Assembly: GCA_964582775.1 (NCBI GenBank)
Contig: CAZOTO010000001.1
Coordinates: forward strand, 1 to 59,123
Reading direction: 5' to 3'
From: an uncultured Myxococcales bacterium
GTDB taxonomy: Bacteria; Myxococcota_A; UBA9160; SZUA-336
DNA length: 59,123 bases
Shown: one piece after another, positions 17,448 through 26,526 of the stretch
Layout: each line of letters starts with the position of its first letter
Numbering within the stretch: the stretch's first letter is position 1
Translations under genes and position numbers: made by a program
The notes under the pieces: model-generated
Seen by the model: the letters and a program-made list of their open reading frames with translations, nothing else
The model's database searches: none
Told to the model about the DNA's origin: nothing

Positions 17448-19072
17448 GGGCCATCATGAAGACGGCACTCGAGGCAGTTGCCGGAGGGTTGGTGCTCGCT
17501 GTCGGAGTCGCCTGGCTATCGGGCGGGTGCGGGAAGAGAATCGATCCTGGGAGCGACCCTACGCCCGCCGAAAGAGTTCCCGATGATGCGAGCATCGTTT
17601 CGGTTGAGCAGTTTTGGGACCTCGGGTTCGAGCGTTTCAGTGGAACGATCGCTTCATCCCGTCATGCCACGGTTTCATCGAAGATTCTGGCGCGGATCGA
17701 GGCGATTCGTGTTCGCGCAGGTTCTGAGGTGAGGGAGGGCGACGTTCTCGTGCAGTTGGATCAACGAGATCTGGAGGCCCGGATGCGGGCCGCTCGCGAG
17801 TCTGTCTCCGGTTCGCGCGCCAGCCTGGATCTTGCACGTTCGGAGCTCGAGCGCGTGGAGGGCCTTTGGCGGGCCAACGTTGCGAGCTTGCAGCAGCTCG
17901 AGCAGGTTCGCGCACAGTTCGAACTCGCGAAGTCGGATTTCGATCGGACCCAGGAGCAGCTTCGCGACGCAGAGGTCGCAGTGTCCCATGCGGTAATCCG
18001 CTCCCCCGTTTCCGGCCGTGTCGTGGATCGATTGGCCGAGCCGGGGGACACCGCAGCTCCTGGAGCTCCTTTGCTACGGATCTATGACCCGGGTGCTCTT
18101 CGGCTTGAGGTTCCGGTCAGGGAGTCACTCGCGATGCGGCTAACTCCCGGCCAGCAGATCGATGTTCGCATCGATGCCATCGAGAGCGACGTAGCGGGAG
18201 CCATCGACGAAATCGTTCCTCATGCCGAGCCCGGTGCAAGAACTTTCCTCGTCAAGATCCGCCTACCTTCCGATGTACGCTTGTATTCAGGGATGTTTGG
18301 TCGGGCCAAGATCCCTTTTCGGGAGACGCTTCGCTTCCGCATCCCGGTCGAGGCAGTGCAAACAATCGGACAACTCGAGTTTGCAGAGGTGGCACGACCC
18401 GATGGATCGATCGAGCGGCGATGGATTACGATCGGCCCCGTCGCGGGTTCCGGCTGGGTCGAGGTTCTGAGCGGACTCTCTCCGGGTGAAGACGTCGTGC
18501 TCAGGATGTCCTCAGTGAATTCCAACGAGTCGAGTTCAGTGCCTACGGGTGAGGTAGGAGCGGAATTGCAGGCTGAGGTGGTACACCGGGCACGTAATGC
18601 GCTTGCACCTCTCAAGCTAGCACTTCGTACAACGCTAGAGGGTGCGCTCTCGAACGGGGGACCCATGAATGCGATCGACGTGTGCCGCATTCGAGCGCCA
18701 CAGATTGCCTTGGACTCCAGCTCTCGATCGATTCTGGTCGGGCGCACCAGTCATCGGGTGCGAAACCGTATCAATGCACCAAAGCTCTGGATGGAGCCCT
18801 CGCTCAATGAGTTCCGTGCGATGCCAGTTGCCGCGGGTGCGTATCGGGTTGTCTCGATTGATGAGGAGAGGATCGGATATACCGAGCCGATCTATCTCGA
18901 GCCACTATGCATTGTTTGCCATGGAACCTCGATTGATGAGTCGCTCTCACTGAGGATCCGCAATCTGTACCCGTTCGACCAGGCCGTTGGATTCTCACCC
19001 GGTGATTTTCGGGGGCTATTTTGGGTCGAGATCAATCGGAGCGAATTCGCGGACGGATTGCATCTAAGGTAA
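17444..19072 (+). CDS. RND periplasmic adaptor (MFP/HlyD family) lipoprotein fused to a C-terminal DUF3365/Tll0287-like CxxCH heme domain
   Basis: ATG 17444 overlaps the pump stop as ATGA. Lipobox LSGGC. MFP body: ..VSSKILARIEAIRVRAGSEVREGDVLVQLDQRDLEARM..IRSPVSGRVVDR... C-terminal ~175 aa: ..GGPMNAIDVCRIRAPQIA..VGRTSHRVRNRINAPKLWE..EPLCIVCHG..NLYPFDQAVGFSPGDFRGLFWV, with CIVCH at 18908-18922. Confidence 0.85.
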   Translation: MRAIMKTALEAVAGGLVLAVGVAWLSGGCGKRIDPGSDPTPAERVPDDASIVSVEQFWDLGFERFSGTIASSRHATVSSKILARIEAIRVRAGSEVREGDVLVQLDQRDLEARMRAARESVSGSRASLDLARSELERVEGLWRANVASLQQLEQVRAQFELAKSDFDRTQEQLRDAEVAVSHAVIRSPVSGRVVDRLAEPGDTAAPGAPLLRIYDPGALRLEVPVRESLAMRLTPGQQIDVRIDAIESDVAGAIDEIVPHAEPGARTFLVKIRLPSDVRLYSGMFGRAKIPFRETLRFRIPVEAVQTIGQLEFAEVARPDGSIERRWITIGPVAGSGWVEVLSGLSPGEDVVLRMSSVNSNESSSVPTGEVGAELQAEVVHRARNALAPLKLALRTTLEGALSNGGPMNAIDVCRIRAPQIALDSSSRSILVGRTSHRVRNRINAPKLWMEPSLNEFRAMPVAAGAYRVVSIDEERIGYTEPIYLEPLCIVCHGTSIDESLSLRIRNLYPFDQAVGFSPGDFRGLFWVEINRSEFADGLHLR

Positions 19073-19211
19073 TCAGCAATCCGGGCTCGCCCCATCGCGA
19101 CAGCCATTGGCGGCTTTGCTCTGGGGAGCTCTGCTGGGCACTTATGGAATTCTTCCGATGGTTGATTCTGTTCACCGAGCGAAGTGTCGGCAACTGTGCA
19201 AGTCTTTTGAC

Positions 19212-20000
19212 GTGAGCGATTTCCAGCCCGTTGTCACATTCTTGCATCGTCAATTGCGGGATCCCATTGCGATCCTCGCTTATGCGGGATGGAACGATGC
19301 AGGTGAGGCGGCTACAGATGCGACGCGATTCCTGCTCGATGCGCTTCCCGCTGAGAAGATTGCAACGGTCGAATGCGAGGAATTTCTCGACTTCACGGTT
19401 ACTCGACCTCACCTCAGGATTGACGAGGAGAGTCGACGTGAGATCCTTTGGCCTAATCTCGAGTTCTTCAGGCTGCGCCGCCCACGGCAGCCGTTTGACT
19501 TGGTGGTCGGGGTTGGGGCGGAGCCTCACCTCAAATGGAAGACGCACTGCAGGTGCGTCATAGATCTTCTCAAGCGTTTCGATGTTCGAGCGGTCGTTCT
19601 TCTTGGTTCATATTTTGATGAAGTGGTATACTCGCAGCCAGTACCAATCTTCGGCTTCTGCTCCGACGAGGCTCTCCGGATTCAGTCGGGAATTCCTGAC
19701 GCGCCTCTCGCGGGACCGGCGGGCATCATCGGCGTCCTTGGGGACGAGATTATGCGGCACGGTATTCGCGTTTCCGCGCTTTGGGCGCGGGTTCCCCACT
19801 ACGTATCGAGGGTGCCGAATGTTCGTGGCACCCTTGCACTGCTGCAACGGCTAGAGACGATTACAGGATTGTGGTTTGGATTGGATTCCCTATCCCAGGA
19901 GGCCGACGAGTTCGATCGTGAAATCTCGGAATTCATTGCTGGTGATCCCAACCTCTCGGCTTACGTTAGAAGCCTGAAGCGACGCTCGTTTCAGGGCTAG
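19212..20000 (+). CDS. PAC2 (proteasome assembly chaperone 2-like) family protein
   Basis: ..DPIAILAYAGWNDAGEAATDA..LVVGVGAEPHLKW..VVLLGS..AGPAGIIGVLG..ALWARVPHY.. Start is uncertain (GTG 19212 or TTG 19242; longest ORF from 19107). Confidence 0.75.
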   Translation: MSDFQPVVTFLHRQLRDPIAILAYAGWNDAGEAATDATRFLLDALPAEKIATVECEEFLDFTVTRPHLRIDEESRREILWPNLEFFRLRRPRQPFDLVVGVGAEPHLKWKTHCRCVIDLLKRFDVRAVVLLGSYFDEVVYSQPVPIFGFCSDEALRIQSGIPDAPLAGPAGIIGVLGDEIMRHGIRVSALWARVPHYVSRVPNVRGTLALLQRLETITGLWFGLDSLSQEADEFDREISEFIAGDPNLSAYVRSLKRRSFQG

Positions 20001-20425
20001 CGTGCTTGTGGATCGATCCTCATCAGTGTGACGTCAGCATCGCCCTCATCAGGATCGAGCGAATGATCGGGATAGGGGGCGATCTCGGTGCGACGAGTCA
20101 GGAGCTTTGCGATCGCCACTCCGAGTAGCGACCGGGTGCGCTCTGCCATTCCAAGAAATTCGACGGCGAACCCTCGCTCCGTTTCGCGAACGACTCGTGC
20201 GGGAACGCTGATTGGAACCGATTCCTCCAGAAATGAGAATTGCATGGTGATGCGCACGCCGGCCATCGGGAGGCGATTCGCTGGCTCGATGAGGGCCCCG
20301 GTTGTCGATATATTTCTGACGGTCCCGGTTCCCTCGATCCTGCGGTTGCTGAACTCCGCGCGGAACCTCACCGGCACGCGCGGGCGAACTCGACGGTTGG
20401 CGTCAGCGAGAGACTTTTCGGCCAT
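19997..20425 (-). CDS. PilZ domain protein (canonical c-di-GMP motifs)
   Basis: 142 aa: RRVRPRVPVRFRAEF..GTVRNISTTGALIE (RxxxR and NxSxxG about 25 aa apart). Confidence 0.85.
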   Translation of the reverse strand: MAEKSLADANRRVRPRVPVRFRAEFSNRRIEGTGTVRNISTTGALIEPANRLPMAGVRITMQFSFLEESVPISVPARVVRETERGFAVEFLGMAERTRSLLGVAIAKLLTRRTEIAPYPDHSLDPDEGDADVTLMRIDPQAR

Positions 20426-20527
20426 TGCGGGTCCTGTGATGGCGATCGGTCAGGTTTCGCTAGCGCTTTAGCGTCGACGCAATGCGTTGGCTCAAGCCCC
20501 ACCGAGCGGTCACCGATCCGGGCGGGC

Positions 20528-20914
20528 GTGGGTCTATCGGAACGCGCTCGTCGTCGTCTTCGAGTTTCTCAGGTACGGGTTCGCTTCATTGCGGAGGGCA
20601 TGGAGGGCGTGGGTCGCCTCCTGGACGTCTCACGCGCAGGACTTCTCGTTGGATCGTTCGATCCTCCTCGCGAGGGAGCCCTCATCGTCCTCCAGTTCGA
20701 GCACCCGGAGGGATCGCTCCTCGATCTCCGTGGAGAGGTACGCTGGGCGAAACGCAGTGGCGGTGGAGGTGATGGCACCCACGCCAGTTTTGGGGTGCTC
20801 CTTCGAGAGCCCTCTCTAGAGTTTCGCGACTTCTTTCTCTGGGCAATGGAGAGACACGCGAAGACCGATGAAGGCCGCACGGATCTGTGTTATCCATCGC
20901 CGCATGACGATTGA
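20528..20914 (+). CDS. PilZ domain protein (canonical motifs)
   Basis: RARRRLRVSQVRVRF..GRLLDVSRAGLLVG (RxxxR, DxSxxG). I chose GTG 20528 because the longest ORF (from 20240) overlaps the divergent PilZ gene. The 3' end overlaps the pyrF start. Confidence 0.7.
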   Translation: MGLSERARRRLRVSQVRVRFIAEGMEGVGRLLDVSRAGLLVGSFDPPREGALIVLQFEHPEGSLLDLRGEVRWAKRSGGGGDGTHASFGVLLREPSLEFRDFFLWAMERHAKTDEGRTDLCYPSPHDD

Positions 20915-21575
20915 ACCGCATCAGCGAATCATCTTCCCGCTCGACATCCCATCTCTCGACGATGGCCTCGCCTGGGTCGATCTCCTCAAGGGGAGGGTCG
21001 GTCTCTTCAAGGTCGGCCTGGAACTCTTCTGCGCTGCCGGTCCTGATGCCGTTCGTGCGGTAGCGGAGAAAAGCGGTACAGGGGTTTTCGTGGACCTCAA
21101 GCTCTTGGATATCCCGGCAACAGTTGAGGGTGCGGTCCGCTCGATTCGAAAGATCCATGGCACCCGCATGCTCACCGTACATGCGTCTGGCGGACGCGAG
21201 ATGTTGCGTGCCGCGCGGTATGGAGCGGGCCCCGACATCAGCATTATCGCCGTTACCCGCCTTACAAGCCAAGCAGCCAGTGTCGAGGAGGTCGCGATGC
21301 TCGCATTTCGCGCATGCGAGGAGGGGGCTGACGGCGTTGTTTGCTCGGGCATCGAGGCTCAGGCTGTGCGCAAGGCCATAGGCCCGCAGCGAACGATCGT
21401 CTGCCCCGGGGTGCGTCCGGCCGGCGCGGATTTCGGCGATCAGGTCCGCGTCGTCACCCCGCGCGACGCCATCAAGGCGGGGGCAGATTTCCTGGTCGTG
21501 GGACGTCCGATTCGAAATTGCCCAGATCCAGTGCGTGCTGCAATTGACGTTGCCGCGGAGTTTTCGAGTCCTTAG
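20904..21575 (+). CDS. pyrF: Orotidine 5'-phosphate decarboxylase
   Basis: MTIEPHQRIIFPLDIPSLDD..FKVGLELF..VFVDLKLLDIPATV..TVHASGG..PGVRPAG..VVGRPI. Confidence 0.9.
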   Translation: MTIEPHQRIIFPLDIPSLDDGLAWVDLLKGRVGLFKVGLELFCAAGPDAVRAVAEKSGTGVFVDLKLLDIPATVEGAVRSIRKIHGTRMLTVHASGGREMLRAARYGAGPDISIIAVTRLTSQAASVEEVAMLAFRACEEGADGVVCSGIEAQAVRKAIGPQRTIVCPGVRPAGADFGDQVRVVTPRDAIKAGADFLVVGRPIRNCPDPVRAAIDVAAEFSSP

Positions 21576-21604
21576 CCGTCCGCATCAACCAGCTCCGGAT
21601 ACGA

Positions 21605-21638
21605 TTGCCCAGTGCGCAACCGTGTCCGCAGTGGGCAA
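21605..21638. terminator. Imperfect hairpin between convergent pyrF and pilY1
   Basis: TTGCCCAGTG-(14 nt)-CAGTGGGCAA, 9 of 10 positions pair. No T-tract. Confidence 0.25.
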
Positions 21639-21648
21639 CGCATCCGTG

Positions 21649-24600
21649 TTAGAAGCGCTGTCGCCAGTAGATCAGCTCCACCGGCGCACCACCGCCATCT
21701 GGCGCAGGCGTAGGCTGGATCTGGCCGGCCGAAGTCTTGGTGAATATCTTCGCGGTGTCTCCAACGCTAATTCTCGGATCTGAAGGAACACCGACCCCCA
21801 AATACAGCCTGCGACCGCTTTCGCCGGAGGCAGCTCCGCTTACCAGGTCGAAGATATACAAGTACGCAGAGCCATCGGTACCGCAGACACCTCCGCTGCC
21901 GTCGTCCGGAATATAGCTCGCTGTGATCACGGAGCCGCGGAACACGACGTGGTTCGTAATGAACTTTTCGCCCTTCTCTGCCACAACGTAGTATCCGAGG
22001 TCCGTGGGATCCGTATCATACCCAAGGGCAGTGACGTCCGTGAGGTTTGCCTCGGAGTAAGGCGCGATCGGGATCGCTCCAGATCCTTGTGGATTTGGAT
22101 CGCGTATCACGTAGAAGCGGTTCATGTCATCGACGGTGCCATCGGCATGCCCCGCGTACTTGATGTCAGAGCGCTCGCCGGTCCCGAACGCTAGAATCAA
22201 TCTACCCTTGCTTCGCGCTACCACAGGCTGGAAAAAGATGCCCCGATGGTGTCGTCCGCCGCTCGGCAAGGAGACCGACCCCGCATCGAAGAAGATGCCC
22301 GCGGTCCAATTGTCGATGAGGTTGTCCGAGTTCGAATCCTCGGCAACACTCGAAATGTCCCATTTCCAGAGCTGGCCCCCGGTGTCGCCGATGTAGATCA
22401 GATCCGCGAAGCCATCGGAGTTCAAGTCAAGGACTGCAGGAGTGCTAGGAATTGCGTAGTTCATCTTGGATAACACAGGGTCCGACGCATCGTACGCCAG
22501 CTGCGCAACGACGGAACCGCTATCGAGTGCGATCACCAGAACGGAGCGGCTATCGCCATCCAAAGAACCTGGAACGTATCCTGCGAGATTCGGATCCGCG
22601 TTCGCTCGGAATCCTCCGCCAACAACCGCCACCCACTGCTCCCGACAGTCTCCTTCGCCATCATCGCTCCCGCAGTGGTCGCCGAAGCCTTCTTGTGCTC
22701 GCACCTTGATTCGCGTGAGGATGGGATCAGACCAGGTCTCCCCGAGAGGGAGGCCCGCGTCGTTCAACTCCCAGAGCAGTCTAGGATATTCTCGATGCAC
22801 ACCAGAGGGATCCGTGACGTCCCAGGCGATGTACCCGTCTCCGCCCTGCCGGAGCCCCGTCATGACCACCGTCGCCCACTCCTCGACATCTTTCGTCGTG
22901 TCACTAGGCGAGCTCGGAAACCACGCATCCGCGACAGCGGGGCTGCCATCTACGTAATAGTGCGACCTCGGCGTGTTGCGTGGAATCATCTTGACCTTGT
23001 CGAGCAACATGCCAGGGATGTATGCGAATACCTCATCTCCCGTGCCGAGATCGTAATAGTCCTTTTCAACTTCGGGCGTTAGCGGGTTATCTCCCTCTCG
23101 ATAGGTTCCTGCATCGATCGCATGGAGCATTCCATCATTGGCGCCGACGTACAGCCTCCGATCCCTTCGTTGATAGCGATTGAGGAAGGTTCCCGTTTGG
23201 TTGATTGGGCCGAACCCCTCCTCACGTCTGAGCAAAGAAGGTGGGGGGCCGACGACGAGCGGATTCGAGTGAAAGATGTCGCCGATGATCGCCTCCCGAA
23301 GATCTGTCGTGTCACCATCCGAATCCTCATCGAAGGAATCCTGGCCGTAGAGGTACCGGACAAGTGCATCGGAGAGGGCGTCCACGTCGACAAATTGCAC
23401 CGTCGGATAGTTCGGATAGGACGATATCTCCGTGGGCTGCACGTCGAGTTCTGTGGCTCCAATGGTCGCCACGTCGAACGTCTGCCGAGTGTCTCCGAGA
23501 GTCGTGTAGATCGAACGCGGGGGATGAGACGGGTCAAGAAGGCGCTCCGAGGCGCGCCAGAAAGGAACTGCGGTGTCGAGCAGAGTGCCCGTCGCATCGA
23601 CAGCAAGGTTCCCATTGGCATCTAGGATGTCAAGCGAGGGGGACAGCCGGAACGCCGATATATCTCCCTCCCAGAATCCACTTGTCGCCTTCGGAACGAA
23701 CGAAGCGGTGAACAGGCCATCCCCGAACGAGGTGCGAGTAGAGGGAACTGTCGTCGAGGTGAACGAGGTCGAGCGCTCGATGATGTCTTGTACCGCAGTA
23801 AACAGAGCGTTCGTCAACTCATCAGCGTTCGATGCAATGTAGTATTCCCCATTTCCGTTCGTCGCCGCATCACGAAGGAGAGGGTGGTCAACCATGAATC
23901 CAACAGTGTAGGTGACGATGTTCTGGGTCCCCTGAAGATCGGGGCGGAGATCATTGTTGTAGTACTTGTAGGCGACGTCATCGAGCCAGTCCGTACCGGT
24001 GCTGCTGTATGGTGGCGCATCCGAGCGACCATCGTAGGGGCTTGGTACTTCGTCCTCGTCTCCGTCTGCATTTCCGATCGCACACATGAATCCCGCTTGA
24101 TCATGTGCAAAGTCATCTTTCGTGGACTCGCCGTCCGTCATGAGTATGACGAAGTTCTTTCGACACCAATCCTGCATTGGGTTCGATGGTGAGACCGCAT
24201 CGCCTCCAGAGCAGCTCCAGACCGAAGAGATACCGGTCATGTACTCGCCAGCATGCGCAAGCGTCTCCGCGAGTGGGGTCCAGCTGATCGGATTCGTTGC
24301 ATTGATCGCCGCAACCATCGCAGCTTTGTTTCCAGTCGTAATCTCCTGCGAGACAGTGCCACCGTCCGGGTCGTTCGCAGAGTTATTGGGCTTGAAGACC
24401 ATGAGCCCGAACCGAACATTTTCATCGGTCCCCGGGTTGATCGAGTCAATTAGATCAACAAGCGTCTGCTTCGCAGTCCCGATTCGGTCGATGCTCGGGG
24501 TGATGGGAGTTTGTCCATCGAGGACTCGCGAAAACAGCCAGCTCAGGTAATTCAGTGACCATCGCGTGCTATACCCGCCGGCAGTGTAGTCCGGAAGATA

Positions 24601-25023
24601 ATAGTAACAATAGGAGCTGCTGCTACTGGTGCTCCACCCAGCCGGAGCCGTGGCTGCACAATTGCTTCCTGGGACCACTGATCTATTGCAGCGCACGTAG
24701 CTCCCTGAGCTTCGATTTGATTCGTTGTCGGGACACTGGCCCGACGCGTCCCCGCTGGCCGGGCAGAAGCCTGCCGATCCAGGTGACGCAGGGACGTCTC
24801 CGACGTTGCAGTAGGTTCGTACCTTCCCGACGTCGTAGAATACTGTCGGATCGAAGTCGTCTGCCCACATCGAGTGTGCCATCGATCCAGAGTTGTCCAA
24901 TATCAGCAAGACGTTCGGGGGAACGATTCGCGTCACCATGTCGATGTCGGACTGAGCTTCCGCGCGATTTGCGGCCGAGGCAATCATCCCAGCGATCAAC
25001 ACGAGGAGATGTCGCGTCTTCAT
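21649..25023 (-). CDS. pilY1: Type IV pilus tip-associated adhesin PilY1/PilC family (N-terminal vWA + C-terminal beta-propeller)
   Basis: 1124 aa with signal peptide. MIDAS-like VLLILDNSGSM. ..LYVGANDGMLHAIDAGT..EVFAYIPG.. and ..DLNSDGFADLIYIGDTGGQLWKWDIS.. are typical PilY1 propeller motifs. Confidence 0.88.
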   Translation of the reverse strand: MKTRHLLVLIAGMIASAANRAEAQSDIDMVTRIVPPNVLLILDNSGSMAHSMWADDFDPTVFYDVGKVRTYCNVGDVPASPGSAGFCPASGDASGQCPDNESNRSSGSYVRCNRSVVPGSNCAATAPAGWSTSSSSSYCYYYLPDYTAGGYSTRWSLNYLSWLFSRVLDGQTPITPSIDRIGTAKQTLVDLIDSINPGTDENVRFGLMVFKPNNSANDPDGGTVSQEITTGNKAAMVAAINATNPISWTPLAETLAHAGEYMTGISSVWSCSGGDAVSPSNPMQDWCRKNFVILMTDGESTKDDFAHDQAGFMCAIGNADGDEDEVPSPYDGRSDAPPYSSTGTDWLDDVAYKYYNNDLRPDLQGTQNIVTYTVGFMVDHPLLRDAATNGNGEYYIASNADELTNALFTAVQDIIERSTSFTSTTVPSTRTSFGDGLFTASFVPKATSGFWEGDISAFRLSPSLDILDANGNLAVDATGTLLDTAVPFWRASERLLDPSHPPRSIYTTLGDTRQTFDVATIGATELDVQPTEISSYPNYPTVQFVDVDALSDALVRYLYGQDSFDEDSDGDTTDLREAIIGDIFHSNPLVVGPPPSLLRREEGFGPINQTGTFLNRYQRRDRRLYVGANDGMLHAIDAGTYREGDNPLTPEVEKDYYDLGTGDEVFAYIPGMLLDKVKMIPRNTPRSHYYVDGSPAVADAWFPSSPSDTTKDVEEWATVVMTGLRQGGDGYIAWDVTDPSGVHREYPRLLWELNDAGLPLGETWSDPILTRIKVRAQEGFGDHCGSDDGEGDCREQWVAVVGGGFRANADPNLAGYVPGSLDGDSRSVLVIALDSGSVVAQLAYDASDPVLSKMNYAIPSTPAVLDLNSDGFADLIYIGDTGGQLWKWDISSVAEDSNSDNLIDNWTAGIFFDAGSVSLPSGGRHHRGIFFQPVVARSKGRLILAFGTGERSDIKYAGHADGTVDDMNRFYVIRDPNPQGSGAIPIAPYSEANLTDVTALGYDTDPTDLGYYVVAEKGEKFITNHVVFRGSVITASYIPDDGSGGVCGTDGSAYLYIFDLVSGAASGESGRRLYLGVGVPSDPRISVGDTAKIFTKTSAGQIQPTPAPDGGGAPVELIYWRQRF

Positions 25024-25520
25024 CAGTATCCTGCTCCTTCCCGTACACTGAACTGCGCCTGAAGCTCTACCCGACCGCCCGCCGGGTCCTGTGCTACGGT
25101 ATCCACGCGATAGATGGTCCTAATGTATGAGTTTGCGGCGCCTATATTGAGCTGATCCCCGTCGGCTGTGCCATATCCAACGGCTTGCGGCGGCGTCGCG
25201 GCTGCATTGTCCGCCGTACCGGTGCGTGCCGCAATCAAGCCACCGTTCGAGTCCTCAAGATTGATCGCCTGACTCAATGGGACAACGTACTGAGATCCCG
25301 ATGGATCCAGCTGAAGTCGCACGGCATCCATGACTGCATCTGCAGCATAGAATGTCGATGCTTTTCGCACGGAGCGCCCGCCGGCGGATCCTTCGCTCTG
25401 CGCATTCTGGAGAGCGTTGAGCCCGATGGCACTTACCATGAGCAATAGAACCACGGCGATGAGAAGTGCAACTCCATCGTCGTGTTCCTGCCGGGTGGTG
25501 TCGATGTAATTGGTTTCCAT
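25023..25520 (-). CDS. pilX: Type IV minor pilin PilX-like
   Basis: 165 aa: ..QEHDDGVALLIAVVLLLMVSAIGLNAL.. (PilX_N-type hydrophobic segment). Position between pilW and pilY1; 1-nt stop/start overlap with pilY1. Confidence 0.7.
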   Translation of the reverse strand: METNYIDTTRQEHDDGVALLIAVVLLLMVSAIGLNALQNAQSEGSAGGRSVRKASTFYAADAVMDAVRLQLDPSGSQYVVPLSQAINLEDSNGGLIAARTGTADNAAATPPQAVGYGTADGDQLNIGAANSYIRTIYRVDTVAQDPAGGRVELQAQFSVREGAGY

Positions 25521-25536
25521 GGTGCTGGCGTATCCC

Positions 25537-26526
25537 CTAGAGGTAGTTTCGCGGTAGTACGCTTGTCACGAATCGACGCCGACGGAACGTGTCGGATGGG
25601 CCTGCAACGCGGTTTGCACTCGCAGGTCGCATGCGGTTATCAATCTGATGCCCGCCTGGATTTTCCTCCTGGTCTGTTCTGGTCACGACGCTGATTCGAA
25701 CACGGCGGAGCTTCGAGAGATCTCGCGTTGCGATGGGCGGCTGCGTTAGATCGTGAACCGGGAATTCCGTGTCATTGTCGATTCGGCCGTTTCCGTCGCC
25801 ATTTGCGTCGAGATTGACATCATCGATCCAATACTCTGCTTGCAGATCTTCTATTCCCGTAGCAACGACAAGACCGTTGCGCGTGAGCGTTAGGGTGTTC
25901 TCGTCGAGCTCGTAGATCACTGCAGGAACCACTCGGACGTCTTCCGGGGCCGCAAACGCGAATGGAAGCGGCGGATCGAAGATGATCGTGGTGATCTGAA
26001 TTTCAGTGATGCGCGCGCAGTGCGCGCGGACCCCATCGGATAGGATGACACCACGCCCCGGGCCGACGAAGTCGTTGGCTCGGTCCGCTTCTGTGCTCTC
26101 GTCCACGTTCAAGGTTGTGAGGGCGGTGCGATCCCCGGCCGCCAGTGCCGGAATCGCGCCGTCGAACTTTGTGAGACGTGATAGCGTCGATGATGTGTAT
26201 GTCAGAGTGTTTGGATCGAGCGCAGGGAAGTCGAAGTAGCTAGAGTCGCTTATGCAGAGCCGGTCAGCGGCATTCACTCCTCCGTCGACGCTCGCGACTC
26301 CTCCAGAGCGAGGCACCATGAATCCTGCCATTCGCGCATCGTATGCGATGAGGTCGATCACGGTCCGCGTGTCTTCTTGGACGTCGAGGACGCGCTCGCT
26401 CGCCATGTAGACGCGCTTCTGAGAGTTGAGCAGCATGAATAGCTGGGAGGTAACAACACCCATGACCGCCACCGCCACGAGCATTTCGAGCATCGAGAAT
26501 CCGGAGTCGTCTCTCGTGCGCATCAT
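25537..26526 (-). CDS. pilW: Type IV minor pilin PilW
   Basis: 329 aa: GFSMLEMLVAVAVMGVVTSQLFMLLNSQKRVY..VQEDTRTVIDLIAYDARMAGF (class III signal plus PilW core). Confidence 0.8.
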   Translation of the reverse strand: MMRTRDDSGFSMLEMLVAVAVMGVVTSQLFMLLNSQKRVYMASERVLDVQEDTRTVIDLIAYDARMAGFMVPRSGGVASVDGGVNAADRLCISDSSYFDFPALDPNTLTYTSSTLSRLTKFDGAIPALAAGDRTALTTLNVDESTEADRANDFVGPGRGVILSDGVRAHCARITEIQITTIIFDPPLPFAFAAPEDVRVVPAVIYELDENTLTLTRNGLVVATGIEDLQAEYWIDDVNLDANGDGNGRIDNDTEFPVHDLTQPPIATRDLSKLRRVRISVVTRTDQEENPGGHQIDNRMRPASANRVAGPSDTFRRRRFVTSVLPRNYL

